From contig JAWADY010000001.1 in assembly GCA_038891615.1 (NCBI GenBank), positions 227,151 through 291,150 on the forward strand: a stretch of DNA of 64,000 nucleotides, read 5' to 3'. The DNA is from Candidatus Woesearchaeota archaeon. Its GTDB lineage: Archaea > Nanobdellota > Nanobdellia > Woesearchaeales > ARS49. Positions 1 through 9,091 of this stretch are shown here, one piece after another (the first letter of the stretch is position 1; every line of letters starts with the position of its first letter). The notes beneath the pieces were generated by a model, which did no database searches, was not told the origin of the DNA, and worked only from the letters and a program-made list of their open reading frames with translations. A program made the translations under genes and the position numbers.

Positions 1-295
1 TTATCTTTTCGATAACTGGAAATGCAAGATCGTTCCTAAGGTTGTCTAGCAGCCAAAAATACATGTTCTCAATTGATTGATGCTGGCTTTCGTAAACAAG
101 GCGATATTTGGATAACGGCTTTGGCCAGTCAACGACAATGAGCTGGTCTTTTGCAATCTCTAGCTCGTCACGTTTATATTTTTCTTTCGAAAAATATTCC
201 TCTTTGTAGTTTATTGATGGTGGAAGCCATCCCAAAAAGCCAGCAGCACCATAACTTCCAGTTTTCTCCGCTCGTTGTTCAGCCATCGCTACCAT
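1..295 (-). CDS. Hypothetical protein, partial (runs off the left edge)
   Basis: Manual translation from ATG 295 gives MVAMAEQRAEKTGSYG...ENMYFWLLDNLRNDLAFPVIEKI, open to the edge; co-oriented with the pilin gene. Confidence 0.7.
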   Translation of the reverse strand, partial: MVAMAEQRAEKTGSYGAAGFLGWLPPSINYKEEYFSKEKYKRDELEIAKDQLIVVDWPKPLSKYRLVYESQHQSIENMYFWLLDNLRNDLAFPVIEKI

Positions 296-317
296 CTTTT
301 ATTCCAAGTCACAGCCT

Positions 318-833
318 TTATTGGCAAGCTTCTAATGGTTCTATGATGATTGCTTTGTCACCACAGTAAATTGTATCAGCAATCCCTTTTCCTGTTCTTA
401 TCTTTGGAATGAGTTTGAGTTGTAATGGCGTGCCAATTTCGCCAAAGTCAAAGGAAGTTTTTATGGCACCAAATGGTTTCAATGGTTGCTCAAGTATTTC
501 CTTTTGAACTATTCCCTCCCTTCCAACAACTCGCGCCAAAATATTATCCAAACCAAGCGAAGGACCATTTTCCACAAAAATCACAATGCTGTCAGCAGTA
601 TAGCAAGCTTGAGGCACTCCTTTTATGGTTATTACACCAAGAGCGGCTACAGCGCAACCAGCTCCAAGCTCTTGCGCGCCTATTACAAATTCTGCCTTTT
701 GTTCAACAAATTCTTCGCCCCAACTCATGACAACTGCACCAAGAGCTATCGCAAATGTGACAAGAAGGACTGTTGCAATAAGAGGGCTAAGCCCTAGCTT
801 TCCAATCGTCCGTCTCGAACGCAATAAAGCCAA
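318..833 (-). CDS. Archaeal type IV pilin/archaellin-like protein
   Basis: Class III signal peptide G|LSPLIATVLLVTFAIALGAVVMSW after a basic N-terminus. Confidence 0.8.
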   Translation of the reverse strand: MALLRSRRTIGKLGLSPLIATVLLVTFAIALGAVVMSWGEEFVEQKAEFVIGAQELGAGCAVAALGVITIKGVPQACYTADSIVIFVENGPSLGLDNILARVVGREGIVQKEILEQPLKPFGAIKTSFDFGEIGTPLQLKLIPKIRTGKGIADTIYCGDKAIIIEPLEACQ

Positions 834-945
834 CTCATCACCGTCTTTTTATTAAGTCAATTATTTTTGGTCATTTATAATCCTTTCGCAACAAATCGTT
901 TAAAATCACGCAACTTTTTTATATATACCAGTAAAAGGTTTAGCG

Positions 946-1524
946 ATGGAAACAGAGGAACTTATAGCAAGGCAGAAGCAAGAATGCATTTTCTGTCACA
1001 TAGTTGCTGGAAAGGTTGGTTCAAGAAAGATATATGAAGATGAAAGGCTTATTGTAATTCTTGACATAAATCCAGCAAATCCTGGACATATGCTTGTCAT
1101 GCCAAAGGAGCACTACAGCGTGTTACCTCAGCTTCCTGAAGACGATGTTGCTAGAATTGGTTTTGTTGTTAAGGCACTGTCGCAGGCTTGTCTCAAAGCA
1201 CTTGGTGCAAGAGGAACAACAATCTTTGCAGCAAATGGTATTGCAGCTGGACAAAGGGCATCCCATTTCATGATTCACATCATTCCAAGGCACCCAAATG
1301 ACAATGTCAAGATTATGCTTCCTGAAGAAGAGCTTGCAAAGGAAGAACTTGAAAACTGCACTCAAAAGCTGAAAGCAATTTTTTCACAAATTTCTGGAAT
1401 GCCAACATTACAGCAAGAGACAAACTCAAGCAATAACCCTAAGGGCGAAACAAAAAACACAGCAGTGCTTAACGAAGTTACCAAATTCTTGCTCAAAAAA
1501 GGAAATAAAAATGGTAGCATGTGA
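946..1524 (+). CDS. HIT-family protein with degenerate triad
   Basis: CIFC, DINPANPGHMLV; the triad position reads HFMIHIIPR. Confidence 0.85.
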   Translation: METEELIARQKQECIFCHIVAGKVGSRKIYEDERLIVILDINPANPGHMLVMPKEHYSVLPQLPEDDVARIGFVVKALSQACLKALGARGTTIFAANGIAAGQRASHFMIHIIPRHPNDNVKIMLPEEELAKEELENCTQKLKAIFSQISGMPTLQQETNSSNNPKGETKNTAVLNEVTKFLLKKGNKNGSM

Positions 1525-2026
1525 GATTTGTGAGGCGATAAAAAAACCAGAATCAAAGCTTTACGAAGAAAAAAATTTTGCAGTTATTCTTCCTAGCAGG
1601 CCGGCTGTACCTGGCCATATCCAACTTGTGCCAAAAGAACATAAGGTAATTCTTGAAGAGCTTACAAACGAAACCGTAGCTTTTCTTTTTGCAAAAGCTA
1701 GACTTTTTCTCATGGCGCTTTTTGAAGGGCTTAATTGCCATGGGACAAACCTTTTGATAATGAATGGCACTGCTGCAGGTCAATCTGTCGCGCACATAGC
1801 CGTGAACTTAATTCCAAGGTTTGAAGATGATGGTCTTGAACTAGGTTGGCAGCCAAAAAGGCTTTCTGAAGAAGAGATGTCAACCGTAGAGCTAAGGTTG
1901 AAAGAAGAAGCTACAAAAATAACAATTGTCGAAGAGGAAAAAAAAGAAGAAAAACAAATTACAATAGAAGCTCCAAAAAAATTTGATGAGGAATGGCTTA
2001 AACAGCAGCTTAGAAGGATTCCTTAG
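1511..2026 (+). CDS. HIT-family protein with degenerate triad
   Basis: CEIC, PGHIQLVPKEH, AGQSVAHIAVNLIPR; overlaps the upstream HIT gene. Confidence 0.85.
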   Translation: MVACEICEAIKKPESKLYEEKNFAVILPSRPAVPGHIQLVPKEHKVILEELTNETVAFLFAKARLFLMALFEGLNCHGTNLLIMNGTAAGQSVAHIAVNLIPRFEDDGLELGWQPKRLSEEEMSTVELRLKEEATKITIVEEEKKEEKQITIEAPKKFDEEWLKQQLRRIP

Positions 2027-2077
2027 TCTTTCAAAGATACGAGCTTTTGTTTGTAAAGCAGAATAATGTGAATTAGG

Positions 2078-2962
2078 TTAAACCTTTTCCATCCTGTGCC
2101 GCATTCCTTGGACAACGGAAAGCACGCCTATAAAAATGAGCAGTGAACCAAACCATTGACTTCTGGTAAATATGTGGCCAAACAAAAGATAAGAGTAAAA
2201 ACCTGTAAAAATTGGCGAAAGCGCTCTAATGGTGTTCACTTTTGAGAGCTCAAGCTCTTTAAGAGCGATATAAAAGAGCTCCCAGCCAAGGAATCCTGAA
2301 AGAAGGCCAGAAGCTATTGCTATTGAAAGGCTTTTTGTAGTAACTGCAACCCCCTCTCCGCTGAAAATGACAAAAGCAGCTCCTGTGAGTGTCATTGCAA
2401 AAAGCCTGCCCAAGTTGAGCGTTTCTGGTCTAATGTAGCGCACATATCTCTTTGCGAGAAAGTCTCCTGTTGCTATTAAGGCTGCAGAAACGACCACAAT
2501 CAGCGAGTTCAGGCTAAATTCAAGATTTTGGCGCCATTGCATGACGAAAGCCCCAAGTATGACAACAGCGATTCCAAATTCTTCTAGTGAACTAAGGCGC
2601 TCTTTTAAAAAAATGTGTGAGTAGGCAACCACAAAAACAAGCACGAACTGCATTAAAAAGACAACAATATTTGGTTTCAGCACACGCATGCTATGCAAAA
2701 GCAACAATGCCCCAATCCCGTGACACGCTCCAGCGAACAATAGCGGCCATTTGTTCTTACGAATGCTTTCTATGTGAAATGCTAGGTTTTTTGAATGAAA
2801 AGCAAAAGCAGCGCCAGTCGCAAGAAGATAGCTGTAGAAAAGGATTTTGCCAGCAGACCAATTAGGTAGAAGGAGATAGAAAAAGATATAAGAAGAACCT
2901 AGAAGGGCCGCTGAAAGGAATGCCAGGAAATACGCTTTTTTGAGGCTTGGCATCCAAACCAT
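2078..2962 (-). CDS. DMT/EamA family transporter
   Basis: ~10 hydrophobic helices in two repeats; FLKERLS motif. Confidence 0.85.
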   Translation of the reverse strand: MVWMPSLKKAYFLAFLSAALLGSSYIFFYLLLPNWSAGKILFYSYLLATGAAFAFHSKNLAFHIESIRKNKWPLLFAGACHGIGALLLLHSMRVLKPNIVVFLMQFVLVFVVAYSHIFLKERLSSLEEFGIAVVILGAFVMQWRQNLEFSLNSLIVVVSAALIATGDFLAKRYVRYIRPETLNLGRLFAMTLTGAAFVIFSGEGVAVTTKSLSIAIASGLLSGFLGWELFYIALKELELSKVNTIRALSPIFTGFYSYLLFGHIFTRSQWFGSLLIFIGVLSVVQGMRHRMEKV

Positions 2963-3087
2963 GAAAATAGGCTCTTATTTAAATCTTGCAGTTTGCTGAA
3001 AAGCTTGCTTAGGAAATTTTGTTAATGCAGCCATGCGTTCACCAGAAAAAATAAAAACCTATTCAAAGGCGCTGGCTTTGCTGCGCT

Positions 3088-3957
3088 TCAAAATAGTAGG
3101 AAGATGAAATTTCCAAACAGCAAGGCAGCTATATAAGCTATTAAAAAGCTTGGGACAAAAGGAATTCCTTCTTTTACAAGAACTCTAAAGTTTTTACCAA
3201 GCAAACCCTTTTGCTTAAGCTTTATTAGTAACATTATTTTTCTCCTGCTTATACCAAGCTCTGCAGGACCGGCTATCTTTTTTCCCCTAAAAATGACATC
3301 TTTCACAATCCAATCGCCTTCTGTAAGCTTTTCAGGCGGAAGCCATTTTAGAAGGCAACTTGTTTCAACAGCTCCAACAACCAGCGAAAGATAAAACAAA
3401 GACAAAACGAGTAAGGCAGCTGCGGCTGCTATGAGCCATAATGCACTTTCTGCAAGCACGATTGCAATCAAAAGCAGCATCACAGAAAAGGCAATAGTCA
3501 CAAAGCGGAAGTTCTTGTAAACACCTTTTTTCATCATCCTTGCTGCTTGATTCTTAACCTTCCCCCAATTCTTGACAGCAAGAATAAAAACCCAAAGCAA
3601 GCCATAGGCAGCTCCAACAAAGATAAGATTGATAAAGAATGCAACGGCTTTGCTTTCCAGGCTTGGCGCAAAACCAATCAGGCTTCCAAGGCCTATCAAC
3701 AGCTTTACATCCCCGCCACCCCATTGCCCAAAGCGGTACATTAATAAAGAAAGTATGGCAAAAACAATCACCCCTGTAAAGCCCTGAACAATTGGCCTTA
3801 AGTTAAAAGTCGCCACGCTACTAATCAATCTTATTCCAAGCCCTGAAAATAAAGCAGCATAGCTGAGCCAGTCAGGAACCTCTCTTGTTCTCAGGTCTGA
3901 AAAGGCAGATGCTGCAAGGATGAAAAGCCCTGTTCCTTCAAGCAACTGCTCAATCAT
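3088..3957 (-). CDS. A24 prepilin/preflagellin peptidase
   Basis: SDLRTREVPD and GGGDVKL aspartate motifs, C-terminal IPFVPSF; start chosen at ATG 3957. Confidence 0.9.
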   Translation of the reverse strand: MIEQLLEGTGLFILAASAFSDLRTREVPDWLSYAALFSGLGIRLISSVATFNLRPIVQGFTGVIVFAILSLLMYRFGQWGGGDVKLLIGLGSLIGFAPSLESKAVAFFINLIFVGAAYGLLWVFILAVKNWGKVKNQAARMMKKGVYKNFRFVTIAFSVMLLLIAIVLAESALWLIAAAAALLVLSLFYLSLVVGAVETSCLLKWLPPEKLTEGDWIVKDVIFRGKKIAGPAELGISRRKIMLLIKLKQKGLLGKNFRVLVKEGIPFVPSFLIAYIAALLFGNFIFLLF

Positions 3958-4079
3958 TTTGGCGCCCCTTTTTACAAAACTCTTGCTATGACTCTGCAAA
4001 TGTTTATAAACCTTTGTGACATAAAAATGACAAAAGCACTCTTGGTGAAAGTAACAATGACTGATGTTGAGGTGGCAAT

Positions 4080-4817
4080 TTGGTCATAAAAAGGCTAATC
4101 AAAAACATATTTGAAACAACAAGAGATATTAATGAAGGCGTTTCTGAAAGTGTGACTGGTTTGAAAGAAAAGATTAAGCTTGCATTCAATAGCATTCCAA
4201 AACATGTTGCATTTGACATTGAAGATGGTCTGGGAGAAGCAAAAGCTCTCAAAGAACTCATATTTTCTGCTTCAAAGCTTAGGATACCTGTCATGACTTT
4301 TAATCTTCTCAAAAGCAATCACACAAGCCAACAGATTGACACATTGGTGGAAGTCCTAAGTGAGTTGTTACAGTGGCAGTACCTGCAAGAAAATCAATTC
4401 AAAGTTTCTGTGCTAGGGAGATGGTACAACCTTCCCGCAAGACTTGTTGAAAAGATAAAAGAACTGGTTGCAGCCACAAAAGACTATGATAAGTTTTTCC
4501 TGAACCTTTGTATAAACTATGATGGCCAAGAAGAAATTGTTGAGGCATGCAAGTTGATTGCAAAACAGGTTGAGCTTGGCAGAATATCGCCAGAAGGCAT
4601 AACAAATGGAACGATAAAGGAACACCTCTGGACATCTTATTTCATCCCTCCTGAACTCATAATAAAGGTGGGCAAAGCTCAAAGTCTGGATGGCTTTCTG
4701 CTTTGGGATTCTGCAGGTGCGAGAATTTTCTTTGCAAATAAGCCATTTGGCGAATTCACAAAAGAAGACTTCCTTAAAGCAATAGAATGGACTCAGAAAC
4801 AGAACAAGGTAAGATGA
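4080..4817 (+). CDS. cis-prenyltransferase (UppS)-fold protein, catalytic motifs degenerate
   Basis: IPKHVA, LNLCINYDGQEEIV, PELII, GFLLWDS; lacks DGNRR and the region V arginines. Confidence 0.8.
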   Translation: MVIKRLIKNIFETTRDINEGVSESVTGLKEKIKLAFNSIPKHVAFDIEDGLGEAKALKELIFSASKLRIPVMTFNLLKSNHTSQQIDTLVEVLSELLQWQYLQENQFKVSVLGRWYNLPARLVEKIKELVAATKDYDKFFLNLCINYDGQEEIVEACKLIAKQVELGRISPEGITNGTIKEHLWTSYFIPPELIIKVGKAQSLDGFLLWDSAGARIFFANKPFGEFTKEDFLKAIEWTQKQNKVR

Positions 4818-5128
4818 AGGAAAGGCGTGGCAAGTCTCAAACGCTTGAAGAGCTGATAAAAAAAGGAGCCGCTGTTCTTGGAGGAGGGCTTGCTATTTTT
4901 GTTGCATACAAACTCGGCATAGCAGACATGGCAATCGATCTTTTTGAAACAAAATGGATTGTAAAAGATGGATACAAAATACCAGTTAGGCCAGATTTTG
5001 CTACAGTATTTGGCTACCATGTTGGAACCTATATCTCAAGCTGGCTTGGTGGAGGTCTTTTTGGTTACTTTTTAGCAGATGGGATTTACAAATTTTTAGA
5101 GCTGAGAAAGGTGAACAAAGAGCTTTGA
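4814..5128 (+). CDS. Small two-TM membrane protein
   Basis: ATGA overlap with the upstream stop; two Gly-rich hydrophobic segments. Confidence 0.65.
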   Translation: MKERRGKSQTLEELIKKGAAVLGGGLAIFVAYKLGIADMAIDLFETKWIVKDGYKIPVRPDFATVFGYHVGTYISSWLGGGLFGYFLADGIYKFLELRKVNKEL

Positions 5129-5138
5129 TTAATCCCAC

Positions 5139-5933
5139 CTAATTTTTTCTCAACAATAGCCAAAGTCCTACAATAAAAAGAGGGATGTTCAAAAGCTGGC
5201 CCATAGTGAATGGTCCAATGAATATTTCTGGAACCCTAAAAAGTTCTGTTATGAACCTAAAAACAGAGTACATCACTAAAAAAAGTGCAAATGCCGCTCC
5301 TTTTTTGAGGCTAATGACACCTTTATTCTTTTGCAAAACAAAAAGGGTTGCAAAGATGACAATACTGTAGAGTGATTCGTAGAGCTGGCTTGGGTGCCTA
5401 AAAACAGGGTTACCAGCAGCATCAACTTCGTTGTTGAAATTCACCCCCCAAGGTAGGTTTGTTTGCCAACCATAAAGCTCACTATTGAAGAAGTTTCCAA
5501 TCCTGCCAATAGCAAGGGCAAGGGCGGCAGGTGTAACAAAAATGTCTGCTAACTCAAGAAAGCTGATGCTTTTTTTTCTTGTCAAAAGCGCACCTATAAC
5601 AATCGCTCCAATAAGCCCACCATGAAAGCTTAGCCCGCCATGCCAAACAGCAACTATCTCAACAGGGCTAGTTATTAATCCTTGGGGCAAGCCATAAACC
5701 AACACCCAAAAAAGCCTTGCTGCTATCACCATTGCAATCACAATCCAGCTCATAAGCGCGTCAAAGTCTTCGACAGAAAGATTTTGCACCCTTCCTTTTT
5801 TCACACAAGCTCTTGCATAAAGATAAACAAAAAGAACTCCTAAAGCATAAAAAAAGCCATACCATCTTATTTTTATTGGGCCCAGGCTAAAGAAGACGGG
5901 ATTCAACTTGTTATAAAAGACCATTCTTGCCAA
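5139..5933 (-). CDS. lgt: Prolipoprotein diacylglyceryl transferase
   Basis: IRWYG, GGLSFHGG, GRIGNFFNSELYG, RHPSQLYE, RFITELFR. Confidence 0.93.
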   Translation of the reverse strand: MARMVFYNKLNPVFFSLGPIKIRWYGFFYALGVLFVYLYARACVKKGRVQNLSVEDFDALMSWIVIAMVIAARLFWVLVYGLPQGLITSPVEIVAVWHGGLSFHGGLIGAIVIGALLTRKKSISFLELADIFVTPAALALAIGRIGNFFNSELYGWQTNLPWGVNFNNEVDAAGNPVFRHPSQLYESLYSIVIFATLFVLQKNKGVISLKKGAAFALFLVMYSVFRFITELFRVPEIFIGPFTMGQLLNIPLFIVGLWLLLRKN

Positions 5934-5995
5934 AGCAAAGGCTATGAATAAATACTTTTCGGAAGAATGGTATAAAGTAAAAAGTGTTAATTAAT

Positions 5996-8449
5996 TCAAA
6001 TCTTTGCCTTATAAAGCCTCATGAGCAACGAATTTGTAACAACGCTCACGGAGCTCAAAGCCATTGCTGCTGCTGCAAGAACAGGACTAAGAAGAAAGCC
6101 GGTGAATGGATAAAGTACACCAGCCGCAACCGGAACGCCCAAAGTGTTATAGAGGAATGCCCAGAAAAGGTTTTGTTTAATTTTCTTTATTGTGTACTTA
6201 CTCAAGTCTATTGCCGTGACAACATCTCGCAAGTCGTTCTTTATTAGTACGATGTTTCCTGCTTCAAGAGCAACATCTGTGCCAGCGCCTATTGCTATAC
6301 CAACATCTGCTTGCGCAAGCGCAGGAGCATCGTTTATGCCATCTCCAACCATTGCAACCTTTCTACCTTGTGCTTGTAGCTTTTTTATAACCTCAACCTT
6401 TTGTCCAGGAAGAACCTCTGCCATAACCTCTTCAATGCCGAGTTGGCTGGCTATTGCCTTTGCGGTTCTGCTGTTATCCCCTGTCACCATAACAACCTTT
6501 TTTCTAAGGGCTTTCAAAGTATCAACGGCTTCTTTTGAATACTCTTTAAGTGTGTCTGCAGCTGCAACAATCCCAACAAGCTTCCTACCAACAGCAACAA
6601 GCATTGCTGTTTTTCCCTGCTCTTGAAGCTTTTCTAGTGCTCTTTCAGCCCCTTCAGAAAGCTCAATCCTTTCAGCCTTCATGAGTTGTGTTGTGCCAAT
6701 AACAATGAGTTTTCCGCCATAGCTTGCAATGACGCCTTGGCCTGGCACTGCCTTGAACTCTTTTGCATCAGGAATTTTTATTCCCATTTTAAGCGCTCCA
6801 TTTACTATTGCCTCGCCAAGTGGGTGTTCTGAGCCTTTTTCTGCAATTGCAGCAAAGGTTAGAAGCTCGCGCTCAGAAAGCTTATCCAAAGGTAGAATGT
6901 CAGAGAGTTCAGGGCTTCCCTTTGTCAGCGTTCCGGTTTTGTCAAGCACAATGGTGTCAATTTTGCAGGCAAGCTCAAGAGCCTCGCCAGATTTTATGAG
7001 TATGCCGTGCTCTGCAGCCTTTCCTGTTCCCACCATTATTGCAGTGGGGGTAGCAAGGCCAAGAGCGCATGGGCAGGCAATTATCAAAACCGCAATGAAT
7101 GTGCTTAATGCAAAAACAAATTCCTTTCCAATAATGCCATACCAAATGACAAATGAAAGAATGGCTATCAGTATCACAACAGGAACAAAATAGGCTGAAA
7201 CAAGGTCAGCAAGCCGTTGTATCGGTGCTCTGCTTGCCTGCGCATCCTCCACGAGTTTTATTATTTGTGCAAGAAGGGTTTCCTTTCCGACTTTTGTTGC
7301 CCTAAACTTTAACATTCCATGCTTGTTTATTGTTGCCCCAATTACGTGGTCTCCGGGTTTTTTCTCGACAGGAATGCTTTCTCCGGTCACCATAGATTCG
7401 TCGACTGAAGAGTGTCCTGATATGACAATTCCATCTACAGGAATCTTCTCCCCAGGCCTTACAAAGATTATATCATCTACTTGAACCTGATCAACTGGTA
7501 ACTCGAGCTCCTTTCCTCCACGAATAACTGTGGCAGTCTTTGGCTTAAGACCTATTAGCCGCTTTATCGCCTCACTTGCTTTTCCTTTTGTTATTGCCTC
7601 AAGCCATTTGCCTAGAATTATGAATGTGATGATTATTGCAGAGGTATCAAAGTAGTAATGGCCACGAAATGCTGTTGGCCAAATTACTGCAAGCAGGCTA
7701 TAGAGAAAAGCCGCGCTCGTGCCTATCGCGATAAGGCTGTCCATGTTTGCCCTTTTTGCCTTGAGTGCAATCCATGCTCCACGATAAAACCTTGCACCTA
7801 CAAAGAATTGGATAGGGATTGTAAGCAAAAGCAAGAGCAGTCCGCGGTATTTGAAATCAATCCAAAACCATTGCGGATAAGAGAGAACGAAAATTGGGAT
7901 ACTCAGCATCGCTCCTAGGAAAAACAACCTTCTGAGGCTATTGATTTCTCTTTGTCGCGCTAGCTTTTCCCTATCTTCAAGCTCAGGAGTTGTCGCTTCT
8001 TCGAGAGGCTCATAACCAGCTGCTTTTATTGCCTTTTTTATTTCATCAATGGTAATTTTGGAAGGCTGGTATTTTATTATTGCAAGTTGGTTTACAAACA
8101 ATTTCTTTTCAAGAATTCCAGGCAAGGTCGCAAGAGCATTATCAACCTCTGCAACGCAATGTGGATTATCCATTCCAACGACTTTTAGACGAGTCTCTGA
8201 AACGGCAGGCAGTGCCGGAACTTCCTTCTCTTCTGAAACCAAAACCTTGTAACCTGTTCCTTCAATGACTTTTTGCAACTGCTGTTTTGTTGTAAGTGTC
8301 GAATCAAATTCAACTGTTGCGCGTTCTGTAACAAAATTGACAACAGCATCTTTAACTCCAGCAGACTTTTTTAGCGCACGTTCTATCGTTGCTGCGCAAC
8401 TCGCACAATGCATTCCTCCAATCGGAATTGTAATTTTTTCAAGCGGCAA
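5996..8449 (-). CDS. copA: Cu(I)-translocating P1B ATPase
   Basis: GMHCASC HMA domain, TGES, CPC, DKTGT, GDGIND, YN and MALSS. Confidence 0.95.
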   Translation of the reverse strand: MPLEKITIPIGGMHCASCAATIERALKKSAGVKDAVVNFVTERATVEFDSTLTTKQQLQKVIEGTGYKVLVSEEKEVPALPAVSETRLKVVGMDNPHCVAEVDNALATLPGILEKKLFVNQLAIIKYQPSKITIDEIKKAIKAAGYEPLEEATTPELEDREKLARQREINSLRRLFFLGAMLSIPIFVLSYPQWFWIDFKYRGLLLLLLTIPIQFFVGARFYRGAWIALKAKRANMDSLIAIGTSAAFLYSLLAVIWPTAFRGHYYFDTSAIIITFIILGKWLEAITKGKASEAIKRLIGLKPKTATVIRGGKELELPVDQVQVDDIIFVRPGEKIPVDGIVISGHSSVDESMVTGESIPVEKKPGDHVIGATINKHGMLKFRATKVGKETLLAQIIKLVEDAQASRAPIQRLADLVSAYFVPVVILIAILSFVIWYGIIGKEFVFALSTFIAVLIIACPCALGLATPTAIMVGTGKAAEHGILIKSGEALELACKIDTIVLDKTGTLTKGSPELSDILPLDKLSERELLTFAAIAEKGSEHPLGEAIVNGALKMGIKIPDAKEFKAVPGQGVIASYGGKLIVIGTTQLMKAERIELSEGAERALEKLQEQGKTAMLVAVGRKLVGIVAAADTLKEYSKEAVDTLKALRKKVVMVTGDNSRTAKAIASQLGIEEVMAEVLPGQKVEVIKKLQAQGRKVAMVGDGINDAPALAQADVGIAIGAGTDVALEAGNIVLIKNDLRDVVTAIDLSKYTIKKIKQNLFWAFLYNTLGVPVAAGVLYPFTGFLLSPVLAAAAMALSSVSVVTNSLLMRLYKAKI

Positions 8450-8829
8450 CTTTTTTCCTCCTTTGACTTTTTATCATTTCAGTTCAAGAATTGCAAAAAG
8501 CGGTAGTAAGGCATCCCAAAATGAAAAAGTCAGCCCTAAATGGCGAAAGAAAGTAATCTGGGTAGACTCTGCGGTCAATCCCAAGAAAAGCACCTCCGTA
8601 GCTAGTCCAAAGAGAAAGAAAGGTGGGGAGCCGCATCAATCCAAGAATTAATCCAAGATTTTTTGCATTAACTGCCATTCTTTGTCTAATATTTGGTTTG
8701 TGCATTTCTCTGGGGCATGCTCAAACTTTGCAATAAGGTTTGGCAGCGAAAGAAATATTAGGGTTCTTTATATTTCTTGCGCACAAAAATGGCAAAAAAT
8801 TTATATATTTTAAAAGATGACTTAGAGGC

Positions 8830-9009
8830 ATGGTTGGCAAAACAAAATTCTTTTGCACCGCCTGCAAATGGAAGTTTACTGCCAACTATGCACCGAACCT
8901 TTGTCCTTACTGCGGTAAACAGAATTCAATTCAAGAGGATGTCTCTGTTGCTGCAGACCAGCTCCTAAAGGAAATAGAGGAGATGGAAGGGCAATTTGCG
9001 GAGAAATAG
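8830..9009 (+). CDS. 59-aa zinc-ribbon protein (not in the ORF track)
   Basis: MVGKTKFFCTACKWKFTANYAPNLCPYCGKQNSIQ...EK*; two CxxC knuckles; TATA-like tttatata upstream. Confidence 0.75.
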   Translation: MVGKTKFFCTACKWKFTANYAPNLCPYCGKQNSIQEDVSVAADQLLKEIEEMEGQFAEK

Positions 9010-9091
9010 TTGTTGCAGCAAAAAGGAGTAAAAGGACCTGGAACAACTTCTGCAAAAACCTTTTAAATCATAAAAAGCAAGCTTTGAAACA

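Noticed and set aside
8450-8829. 73-aa ORF (8484-8705) or structured RNA upstream of copA
   Set aside because: No protein motif and only weak pairing; no tRNA, SRP or RNase P signature recognised. A covariance-model search would settle it
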